From Mobula hypostoma (taxonomy: Eukaryota): a DNA stretch of 64,000 nt. Shown here piece by piece: positions 51,201 to 62,080 of this stretch (position 1 is its first letter; each line of letters opens with the position of its first letter). The stretch spans positions 20,214,001 through 20,278,000 of the forward strand of contig NC_086109.1 in assembly GCF_963921235.1 (NCBI RefSeq), read 5' to 3'. The notes under the pieces are model-generated. The model saw only the letters and a program-made list of their open reading frames with translations, ran no database searches and was not told the origin of the DNA. The position numbers and the translations under genes were made by a program.

Positions 51201-54200
51201 ACTGTTTCTCATCAAAGGATAATGATGCACTTACGCTGTTGGTTTTTCTTCTTATAGATGAGATACAGACAAATAGCAAGGGATAGAACCATCAATACGA
51301 AGAGAACCGATCCCACTGAGGCGTATTTCACATAATCTGGTGGCAGAAAGAAAACATTGCATTGCTATCATTGTGTGAGAACATACGAAACGAGGACAGG
51401 AAGGTGACCAGGATTTCCTTGAGACTGCTCCACCATGCACTAATATTGTGGCCAAACCCTCCTCAGAACCGGATCACCACATCCTTGGATTCCCTAGTGG
51501 CCAGTAATCTGTAAACGTGAGTATATTTAATGACTGAGCACCAATGGTCCTATCAGAGACGTAGACCATGTCTAAAGTAATTTCATCCTACCTCATTCCC
51601 CAATGACCAAGCCCTGGTCTGAGGAATTTCACCACTAGTTATCAACCTTCCAGCAGTTGACGTAACTAAGATCCTTCCTATCCCGGACCTTCCCTAGCTC
51701 CCCTCTTCCATCAGGCAGGAGGTACCAAAAATCAAGTATACATCCCATGAGGCTAAAGACAGCTTCCATTCTGCTGTTACAATACTCTTGAACGGACCTC
51801 TTGTACAACAAGGATGAACTCTAGAATTCTCAGCATAGTCTTTCCCCTTCCTTCTCAGTCTTGATGAAGGGTCCTGGCCTGAAACGTTGACTGTTTATTC
51901 ATTTCCATAGATGCTGCCTGACCTGCTGAGTTCCTCCAGCGTTTTGAGTATGTTACGTCATATTCTGCATTCTGATGTGCTTTTCATTTGTACTGCCTCG
52001 ACATACTTTGGTATGAAATGATCTGTCTAGTGGCATGCAAACAAAAGTTCCTCACATTGGTACATTTGACAAAAGAAAACCAATTACCAATTGCTGTCTC
52101 AAAGGGCCAGGAGGGCTTATTCCACACCGAATATAAGTCATAAGTAAATAAACAATAAGTATTTATCTTGTTACTGGACAACAATCTCCCATCATATGGG
52201 GTATCAATCTCTGAAAATTTGCCCTATCAAGGGAGAAGGAACCTCCTAGCATTCCCAACAGTGTAAACAGGTAACAAACTGCCAGCATATACTCTGTCAA
52301 GATCATAGATCTCCCAAAGTTTACCCAGTCAAAGGAAAACAACCTACAAGCATTTACCCTGTATTTGGTCAAGAGGAATTACTCTCCCGTTACCCTGTTA
52401 AAGGGAAACAATCTCCACATATTCCCCTGTCAAGGTGAAATGACCCATTAAGGAGCATTTGTCTTGTGTAGGACCACATCTGGCCAGCACTTACCCTCTC
52501 GTGGAGAAGTATCTGCCCTGTATTTATCCTCTCAGCATTACTGTGCCAAGCCTATGTGCAATGGGATCATAGATTCACATAACACTACAGCTTAGAAACC
52601 AGGCCCTTTGCCACATCTAGTCTGTTCTGAACTGTAATTCTGCCAAATCCCATCAACTAGGACTTGGACCATAGTCCTCCGTATCCCTACCATCCATGTA
52701 CTTATGCAAAATGTTCTTAAATGTTGCAATCAAACCCAAATCCACGACTTTCACTGACTGCACATTCTACACTCACACCACTCTTTGAGTGAAGAAGTTC
52801 CCCCTCAGGGTCCCCTTAAAATTTTCACCTTTCACGCTTTACCTATGACCTCTAGTTTTAGTCTCATCCACCTTCAATGGAAGAAAAAGCCTGCTTGCAC
52901 TTACCCTATCTATTCCCCCCACAACCTTTCATTATAACTAAGGCCCTCAGGTCCCAGCAGCATCCTTGTAAATTTTCTTTGTACTCTTTAAAACTTATTG
53001 ATATATTTTCCTATAGGTAGGTGACCAGAACTGCACATAATATTTGGCCCCACCAAAGTCTTTTACAACTTCAACATAACATCCCAACTGCTATATTCAA
53101 TACTTTGATTTATGAAAGCTAATGTGCCAGAAGATGCCTCCATTCCCCTGAACCCCAGGGAACATAAGCCCATTCTTCTTCTCTTTTAACAGGATTCTCC
53201 CTCACCCCAGGACATAATGCACTCTTCCGTTACACAGAAAACCAGCCTGTCTCCTCTCCTATTATGGTACAATTGTATTTCACTCCTGAGTAGAATGGAA
53301 GATGAAAAGTGTATATTATCCAATAACTAATCTGTAGACAGCTTTTTTTTTTAGCAGCCTGAGATCAGATGTCACAAAGCTGGAGAATAGGATATGGAGA
53401 ATCAGAGCAAGTTTGGAGGAATCATTGTTAACCGCCTCTCTGAATTGGCAACATTCTCAGATCGCTTGACAACATAAACAGACCCCTAGCTGAACTCAAA
53501 GAACAAATATGTAGTATTTATTTAAACATCTTTCTCGGCTGCACATACACTTTTCACTTCCTGAGTTCAGAGAGAGGTTGGGGTTGTTTTCTTAAAGTGA
53601 CAGATTTACTTGTAAATGAAGCCATTCAGCCCGTCCACCCCTGCCCAATCTCTGAAGGAATAGTCACTTTATTTCTGCTCCCTTGACTTTCCTCCCACCC
53701 ACTTTTTATCCTTTTATTTTTCTAACGGTATTTCCAGTCAACTATTTGTAAAGGTTTTTTGCCCTTCTGCCCAAGATTTTCCTTCTTTCCCTTAGTGATG
53801 ATCTTAAACTTATGCACCTCTGGGGACCTGCTACATAACACAAGTGTCGCCATGCCAAAGTTTCACAGGTTTAATTTTAAAAAAGCGGTAGAGTTTCATC
53901 GCAATGTTATCGCCATCTTCTCTACATCCTGTTAGTCTCTGTATCCTTTCAAGAGCAAAACCTTCAATACTGGATTCAAATCTAAAAGCAACTTAAAGGG
54001 TGACCTGTGGGGGTAACATGCTCAGAATCAGAATTAGGTTTAACCTCACTAGCATATGTTGTTTTGCGGCAGTGGTACATTGCAATACATAGTAATTAAA
54101 ACCTTGAGTAACAGTAAATATATATAAAAGTTATATAAAATAAGTAATGCAAACTAATAAAAATTTAAAAAGTATTGAGGGTTCAATGTCCATTCATAAG

Positions 54201-57200
54201 TCGGATGGCAGAGGGAAAGAAGCTGTTTCTAAATTGTTGATTGTGTGCCTTCAGGCTCCTGTACCTCCTCCCTGATGGTAGCAATGAGAAGAGGGCGTGT
54301 CCTGGGTGACAGGGGTCCTTAATGATGGATGCCGCCTTTTTGAGGCAACACTCCTTGAGGATGTCCTGGATGCCGGGGAGGTTAGTGTCTGTGCTGGAGC
54401 TGACTGAGTTTTCAACTTTCTGCAGCTTATTTTGACCCAGTGCAGTGGCATCCCCCTGTCATACAAGTCAGTCGTGCAGCCAGTTAGAATGTTCTCCACA
54501 GTACATCTGCAGAAATTTGCGATCTATTTTTAATTATAATTTAATTGGAGCAGGCTTAATAACTTGATTAAGATATTGATCGACGCCTTGTCCTCCTGTC
54601 TCACTCGTGACTTTATCATGTTTTCCATCTGTCTTTTCATTGAATTTCCATGGAACAGGGGAAGATGACTCACCATGTCAAGTCTAGGACATTCCTCCAC
54701 AAAAACAACTCCATTTATGCCATTCATTGGGCTTGCTTTGTAGCTCTGCATTTTCTTTCTCCTTCTCAACTAACTCCTTTTTAAAAGTGTGATTCAATTT
54801 GCTTCTGTCACCCCAGATCATAATTTAATTTTTATTATTTTGCCAATGCTCCATAATTTCCAACAGCTATCGGGCGACCTCCCAGCCTTCCGTACTCCTA
54901 CCATCCAGGTACCTATACAAACTTCACTTTATCATTGAAATCGAGCGTGCATGTCCCACTTTGCTGGCTGCTCATTCCACACCCTCATGACCCTCTAAGT
55001 GAAGAAGTTTCCCCTTAAACTTTTCACCTTTTACCCTTAACTCATGACCTCTTGTAGTCCCACCCAACCTCAGTGGAAAAAACCTGCTTGCATTTACCCT
55101 ATCTATACCCCTCATAATGTTATATACCTCTATTAAATCTCCTCTCAATCTTCTACTTTCAAAGGAATGAAATACTAACCTACTCAATCTTTCCATATAA
55201 GATCCTTTGTGCACATTGCACCCTAGTTCCCCCTGCTTCTTCTCTCCCACTACAAAATCCTCCCTGCTAAGTAGCAAAGTATGTCCCTATTCCACCAGTC
55301 TGTCTCTGTATTCTTGGTCGATCACTACCTTCATCACTCACTTTCTGCTACTTGTGGATTTTAAAATGATACCTTACACACCCGAGGCCAAAACTAATTT
55401 ATGTTAGAAGCATTGGCCCCAGCACCAACTCCTGTGGAACACTGCTGTAAAATTTCCTCTAGCCTGTTAAGCAATTGCTTACCCAAGACTACTTCCTGTT
55501 CTGAAGCCCATTTTGGATCTTGCGTATAGCTGCCTTTTTAGACCCAGGCAGTCAATTTTGCTGACAAGCTTATTAAAATCCATTAATAAAATTTTTACCT
55601 CAGCTAATCTCACCATTACCTCATCAAAAGACTCAGATCAGACTAGAACAGTAGAATTTGCCTTTAACTTTTCCCTTATAAGACTATAGGACCAGAAGCC
55701 ATTTGGCCCATTGAGTCTGCTCCACCATTCCATCATGGCTGATCTATTATCCCTCTCAACCCCATTCTCCTGCCTTCTCCCTGTAACTTTTGATGCCCTT
55801 CCTATTCAAAACTTAGCAACCTCTGCTTTAAGTGTACCCACTGACTTGGGCTCCATAGCCATCTATGGTAATGAATTCCACAGAATCACCAACCTCTGGC
55901 TAAAGAAATTCCACCTTAGCTCTGTTCTAAACTCATCCTTGAGTTCTGAGGCTGTTCCCCCTGTCCTAGACTCTCCCACTATTGGAAACATCCCCCCCAC
56001 ATCCCCACATCCCCACATCCACTCTATCTAGGCTTTTCAATATTTGATAGATTTCAATGAGATCCAGCACCACCCCCTCCCCGATTCTTCTAAACTCCAG
56101 TGACTACAGGCCCAAAGCCATCAAGTGCTTCCCATACTTTTACCCTTTCATTCCAGGGTTATTCTTGAGAAGCTCTCCAATGCAGTCGCATCCTTTCTGA
56201 GATAAGGGGGCCAAAATTACACACAATACTCCAAGTATGATCTGACCAATGCCTTATAAAATTCCCAGCATTATACCCTTGCTTTTATATTCAAGTCCTC
56301 TCAAAATGAATGCTATCCTTCCTTACTACAGAATCGAGAAGTACATGAATTCATACAACTGAACATTTTCTTTCCTAGTACCCTGCTCCATCTGATGGAG
56401 CCATAAGTTCGGGGCACGACTGTGCAAGCATGTGGATGTCAGCCAGTGAGAACAGCGAGAAGAGTTTAAAAGGAGACAGCTCTATAGAGCCGGCAGCATA
56501 GTAGAGGGAGGCAGAATAGGAAGGCTTTGGCTCTACGGGGCTTCAGCAAGAATGGGCCGAGGCGAGGTAGGTTGCCTGTGTAGAATACAGACAGGAAGAA
56601 TGTGTGTGAGGCTGGAGTTCTGTGCTGGGTGTCAGATGTGGGAAGTCCTGGAGACTCCTGGCCTCCCAGATGGCCACATTTGTACCAGGTACGTCGAGCT
56701 GCAGCTCTTTAGGGACCAGGTTAGGGAAACTGAGATGCAGCTCGATGACCTTCATCTGATCAGGGAAAGTGAGGAGGTGATAGAGAGGAGTTATAGACAG
56801 GTAGTCCCACCAGAATGTCGGGAGACAGATACGTGGGTAACAGTCAGGAGAGGGAATGGCAGGAGTCAGATGCTAGAGAGCAGCCCTGTGGCTATCCCCC
56901 TTGACAGTAAGTACTCCTGTTTGAGTACTGTTGGGGGGAGCAATAGTCGTCATGTCTCTGGCACAGAGTCTGGCCCTGTGGCTCAGAAGGGTAGGGAAAG
57001 GAAGAGCATGGCAGCAGTGATAGGGGACTCTATAGTTAGGGGGCCAGACAGGCGATTCTGTGGAGGCAGGAAAAAAAACACGGATGGTAGTTTGCCTCCC
57101 AGGTGCCAGGGCCCAGGATGTTTCTGACTGCGTCCACGATATTCTGAAGACGGAAGGAGAACAGCCAGAGGTCGTAGTACATATCGGTAGCAACGATATA

Positions 57201-60200
57201 GGCAGGAAAAGGGAGGAGGTCCTGAAAGCAGACTACAGGGAGATAGGAAGGAAGTTGAGAAGCAGGACCACAAAAGTAGTAATCTCGGGATTACTGCCTG
57301 TGCCACGTGACAGTGAGTATAGGAATAGAGTGAGGTGGAGGATGAATGCGTGGCTGAGAGATTGGAGCAGGAGGCAGGGATTCAGATTTCTGGATCATTG
57401 GGACATATTTTGGGGCAGGAGTGACCTGTACTATAAGGATGGGTTGCACTTGAATCCCAGGGGGACCAATATCCTGGTGGGGAGGTTTGCTAAGCCTATT
57501 GGGGAGAGTTTAAACTAGGATTGCTGGGAGTTGGAAACCAAACTGAAGAGACAGAGGAAGAGGTGGTTGGCTCACAAATAGAGAAAGCTTGAAGACACTT
57601 TGAGAGGGAGGATAGGCAGGTGATAGAGAAGGGACAGACTGATGGTTTGAGATGTCTCTATTTTAATGCAAGGAGCATCATGAACAAAGTGGATGAGCTT
57701 AGACGTGAATCAGTACTTGGAGCTATGATGTTGTGGCCATTACAGAGACTTGGATGACTCAGGGTCAGGAATGGTTAATTCAAGGGCCAGGCTTTAGATG
57801 CTTCAGGAAGGACAGGGAGGGAGGCAAAAGAGGTGGGGGCATGGCACTGTTGATCAGAGATAGTGTCACGGCTGCAGAAAAGGAGGAAGACGTGGAGGGA
57901 TTGTCTACGGAGTCTCTGTGGGTGGAAGTTAGGAAAAGGAAGGAGCCAAAAACTCTACTGGGTGTTTTGTATAGACCACCCAATAGTAATAGGGACATCA
58001 AGGAGTAGATAGGGAGACAGATTCTGGAAAGGTGTACTAATAACAGGGTTGTTGTTGTGGGAGATTTTAATTTCCTAAATATCGATGGCATGTCCCAAGA
58101 GCGAGGGGTTTAAATGGGTTGGAGTTTGTTAGGTGTGTTCAGGAAGGTTTCTTGATAGAATATGTAGATAAGCCTACAAGAGGAGAGGCTGTACTTGATC
58201 TGGTATTGGGAAATGAACCTGGTCGGGTGTCAGATCTCTCAGTGGGAGAGTATTTTGGAGATAGTGATTACAATTCTATCTCCTTTACCATAACATTGGA
58301 GATGGATAGGAACAGACAAGTTAGGAAAGTGTTAATTAGAGTATGAGGCTATCAGGCAAGAACTTGGAAGCATAAATTGGGAACAGATGTTCTCAGGGAA
58401 GTGTACGGAAGAAATGTGGCAAATGTTCAGGGGATATGTGCGTGGAGTTCCGCATAGGTTTGTCTCAATGAGAAAGGGAAAGGATGGTAGGTTACAGGAA
58501 CCGTGGTGTACAAAGGCTGTTGTAAATTTAGTCAAGAAGAACAGAAGGGCTTATGAAAGGTTCAAAAAACTAGGTAATGACAGAAATCTAGAAGATTATA
58601 AGGCTAGCAGGAAGGAGCTTAAGAAAGAAATTAGGAGAGCCAGAAGGGGCCATGAGAAGGCCTTGGCGGGCAGGATCAAGGAAAACCCCCAGGCATTCTA
58701 CAAGTATGTGAATAGCAAGAGGATAAGACGTGAGAGAATAGGACCAATCAAGTGTGACAGGAGAAAAGTGCATATGGAACCAGAGGAGATCGCAGAGATA
58801 CTTAATGAGTACTTTGCTTCAGTATTCACCACAGAAAAGGATCTTGGCGATTGTAGGGATGACTTACAGCGGACTGAAAGGCTTGAGCATGTAGATATTA
58901 AGAAAGAGGATGTGCTGGAGCTTTTGGAAAGCATCAAGTTGGATAAGTCACTGAGACCGGATGAGATGTACCCCAGGCTACTGTGGGAGGTGAGGGAGGA
59001 GATTGATGAGCTTCTGGTGATGATCTTTGCATCATCAATGGGGCGGGAGAGGTTCCGGAGGACTGGAGGGTTGCGGATGTTGTTCCTTTATTCAAGAAAG
59101 GGAGTAGAGATAGCCCAGGAAATTATAGACCAGTGAGTCTTACTTCAGTGGTTGGTAAGTTGATGGAGAAGATCCTGAGAGGCAGGATTTATGAACATTT
59201 GAAGAGGCATAATATGATTAGGAATAGTCAGCATAGCTTTGTTAAAGGCAGAACATGCCTTACGAGCCTAATAGAATTTTTTTGGGATGTGACTAAACAC
59301 ATTGATGAAGGTAGAGCAGTAGATGTAGCTTACATGGATTTTAGCAAGGCACTTGATAAGGTACCCCATGGAAGGCTTATTGAGAAAGTAAGGAGGCATG
59401 GGATCCAAGGGGACATTGGTTTGTGGATCCAGAACTGGCTTGCCCACAGAAGGTAAAGAGTGGTGTATGATGGGTGATATTCTGCATGGAAGCCGGTGAC
59501 CAGTGGTGTGCCTCAGGGATCTGTTCTGGGACCCCTACTCTTCGTGATTTTTATAAATGACCTGGATGAAGAAGTGGAGGGATGGGTTAGTTAATTTACT
59601 GATGACACAAAGGTTGGGGGTGTTGTGGATAGTGGGGAGGGCTGTCAGAGGTTACAGCGGGACATTCATAGAATGCAAAACTGGGCTGAGAAGTGGCAGA
59701 TGGAGTTCCACCCAGATAAGTGTGAAGTGGTTCATTTTGGTAGGTCAAATATAATGGCAGAATATAGTTTTAATGGGAAGACTCTTGGCAGTGTGGAGGA
59801 TCAGAGGGATCTTGGGGTCCGAGTCCATAGGACACTCAAAGCTGCTGCACAGGTTGACTCTGTGGTTAAGAAGGCATACGGTGCATTGGCCTTCATCAAT
59901 CGTGGGATTGAGTTTAAGATCCAAGAGGTAATGTTGCAGCTATATAGGACCCTGGTCAGACCCCACTTGGAGTACTGTGCTCAGTTCTGGTCGCCTCACT
60001 ACAGGAAGGATGTGGAAACCATAGAAAGGGTGCAGAGGAGATTTACAAGGATGTTGCCTGTATTGGGGAGCATATCTTATGAGAATAGGTTGAGTGAACT
60101 TGGCCTTTTTTCCTTGGAGCGACAAAGGATGAGAAGTGACCTGGTCGAGGTGTATAAGATGATGAGAGGTATTAATCTTCTGGATAGTCAGAGGCTTTTC

Positions 60201-62080
60201 CCAGGGCTGAAATGGCTAGCACAAGAGGGCACAGTTTTAAGGTGCTTGGAAGCAGGCTCAGAGGAGATGTCGGGGTATGTTTTTTATACAGAGAGTGGTG
60301 AGTGCGTGGAATGGGCTGCTGGCGACGGTGATGGAGGCGTATATGATAGGGTCTTTTAAGAGACTCCTGGACAGGTACATGGAGCTCAGAAAAACAGAGG
60401 GCTATAGGTATCCCTCGGTAATTTCTAAGGTAAGGACATGTTCGGCACGGCATTGTGGGTCAAAAGGCCTGTATTGTGCTGTAGGTTTTCTATGTTTCTA
60501 TGTTTGTATCATAAGCAGACTCATCTTTCCTCAGATTCCACTTCGTACCCATTATTTGATACTGTACAGAGCTCAGGATATTGACTGAATATTTCCAATG
60601 CCATGAACCCAGTTACAGGAGGCAGAGTACAAATCAACATATTCTGTTCAGAAAATGGCCTATTCTTGTGAAATCTAAATGCAGTGGATTCCGGTTAATT
60701 GGGACGCATCGTGATCAGTACAATTTGGTCTAATTAATTGGCTGCCGAATTAGTCGAAGTTTGATGGAAATAGTTAAAAAGTTATTTTAAAAAAAGGCAA
60801 GCTACCATTTAACTGAGTAACAAACTATGTATTTATATGAATTTATTATATAAATTAGAACACCACCAATACTACTACAGTATTACAAAACTGTGTATTA
60901 GTTCCTAATAGTTATCACTGGAGGAATTCATCCAGTGTACGCTGCCAGGTTCTTTTGATTGACAGTAAATAAATAAGATCAGTGCAGCCACTTAGTGTAG
61001 TTAATAGACTGCCTTCATTGCCTTCTTGCATGAAGTAGCGTCATAATCCAACAATAAATTTAATTTTGTGGCATGCGCTGTAGTCACTAGCTCAAGTTCA
61101 GATGTGTCACCCACACTACTCTCCCTGTCTTGGTGTTTTTGATGACTGTGTCCTCCAAAGCTTCACTTTCATTGTAATAGTCAAGATGATGTCGATACCT
61201 TCAATTTCTTCATAGTGCCTAGCTTGTTGAAGTAGTGAAATAATTTCATTTTCACTCCCGGCTGTTTCTGGCATCTCCAAGCCTGGCTGCCTGAAACCGC
61301 AGTGAGCAAAGCAGTTCTGAATTGTCTTCCACTGCTTACTTCTCACCAACTATCAGTAACAAACTACAATGCCTGTAAGAAGTTAACACTTGCAATTCAA
61401 AACCATTGTTTTTTGAATTGGCGGCATCCATCAGCCCAAATGGATAACATAATACAAGCACACACAAATGACCCTATTTAAAAACTGTTTGCTCAAGCAT
61501 GGTGTGGAGTCTAATGGCTACACAGGTGCATAAGACTGACCCTAGTTAGAAACTGTTCAGCAACTGTCCCCTGTCCCCAATAAGCAGTATAGTGTCCCAA
61601 ATAAATTAAGGGAATCGTGGTTACTTTCTCAATTAGCTTTTGTTCATTGGCCCAAATAAGCGCTGCCCCGATTAGCTGAGGGTTCAATCAATCTGAATCC
61701 GCTGTATCCAATTTATTTTTGTTGTGTTTCACAATGTCATATTAAATTCCTGCACCAGAGATGCCTCTCTCTCTCCAGCCTCACTGCACATCTTTGACCT
61801 AACCTACAATTCTGTCTGGAGGTTGCACGGGCATCCTGTGTGGTAGGATTATGCCTCATGAACCCACATTAGCACAGAGTGGTTCTCAAATAGAACAAGA
61901 GAAAGCCTGCCTCTTCTATCCTGTTGAATGTAACCCTGAAAGAAAACATACCTCTTTGAGCCAATGTTGTTGTAGTTGCTGTTGTTGTAGTTGCTGTTGT
62001 TGTAGTTGCTGTTGTTGTTGTTGCAAGAGTTGTGGTAGGTTCTGGAGTTGTAGTTGGTTTTTTTTTTGACGAATTTTGAC
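41400..62080 (-). CDS. Spliced host gene, unassigned single-pass membrane protein; exons 62080-61952, 51336-51235, 50122-50076, 45892-45788, 44637-44579, 43124-43069, 42977-42924, 41482-41400
   Basis: All exons are bounded by AG/GT, lie in non-repeat islands and chain by phase (1-1, 1-1, 1-0, 0-0, 0-2, 2-1, 1-1, 1-0) with no stop: Thr-rich stalk, TM helix [27 protein letters not shown], then a cytoplasmic tail. Confidence 0.62.
41823..42731 (+). mobile_element. Rex1/Babar-like LINE 3' fragment abutting an inverted CR1 tail (41688-41822)
   Basis: [33 protein letters not shown]; (gactt)n tail. Confidence 0.88.
43361..43621. mobile_element. Penelope-terminus insertion with a 93-bp inverted repeat carrying two opposed hammerheads (43392-43429 minus; 43486-43523 plus)
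   Basis: Arms 43361-43453 and 43462-43554 (three mismatches, 8-nt loop); TSD cactcagaa(t/g)tctgc at 43348-43362 and 43622-43636. Confidence 0.9.
46915..46994. mobile_element. 80-bp hAT/Charlie-type MITE
   Basis: catgggtcctc / gaggaacccctg termini; 8-bp TSD ctctaa(a/g)c at 46907-46914 and 46995-47002. Confidence 0.7.
47478..47800 (-). mobile_element. Penelope 3' UTR and terminus with hammerhead motif (47566-47605)
   Basis: CCAGCC-TTGATGA-AGGGTCTCGGCCC-GAAACGTT-GACTGG. Confidence 0.78.
49071..49365. mobile_element. Second Penelope-like family: about 105-bp imperfect inverted repeat with two hammerhead motifs
   Basis: Arms about 49071-49178 and 49224-49327; plus copy TGCACA-CTGAGGA-TGTTACCTCGTCTGCTGAT-GAAATGCC-TGCA at 49255-49298; minus copy at 49100-49144. 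Confidence 0.7.
51856..51893 (+). ncRNA. Minimal hammerhead motif in a Penelope terminus (C3U variant)
   Basis: CAGTC-TTGATGA-AGGGTCCTGGCCT-GAAACGTT-GACTG. Confidence 0.65.
52161..52530. repeat. Degenerate minisatellite, unit about 32-33 bp
   Basis: Recurring atttaccctgtcaagggaaacaatctcccagc-like units. Confidence 0.55.
54025..54520 (-). mobile_element. Rex1/Babar-like LINE 3' fragment
   Basis: ENILTGCTT motif; (cagaat)n tail. Confidence 0.75.
56430..60503 (+). mobile_element. Near-full-length CR1 LINE, inactivated: ORF1 (zinc finger, leucine zipper, SGNH esterase) and ORF2 (APE and RT)
   Basis: [77 protein letters not shown]; (ttctatgt)n tail; several stops and frameshifts. Confidence 0.93.
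60682..61704 (-). mobile_element. Tigger/pogo-like non-autonomous transposon (second copy)
   Basis: cagtggattccggttaattgg ... caatctgaatccgctg-TA; ORF 61116-61349 has [12 protein letters not shown], resembling a pogo transposase C-terminus. Confidence 0.75.

Noticed and set aside
54674..54769. Minus-strand exon with a perfect GTGAGT donor
   Set aside because: There is no polypyrimidine acceptor, and its phase does not fit the flanking phase-1 exons.
56552..57518. Stand-alone SGNH esterase gene
   Set aside because: It is the known esterase-type ORF1 of CR1 elements and is frameshifted here.
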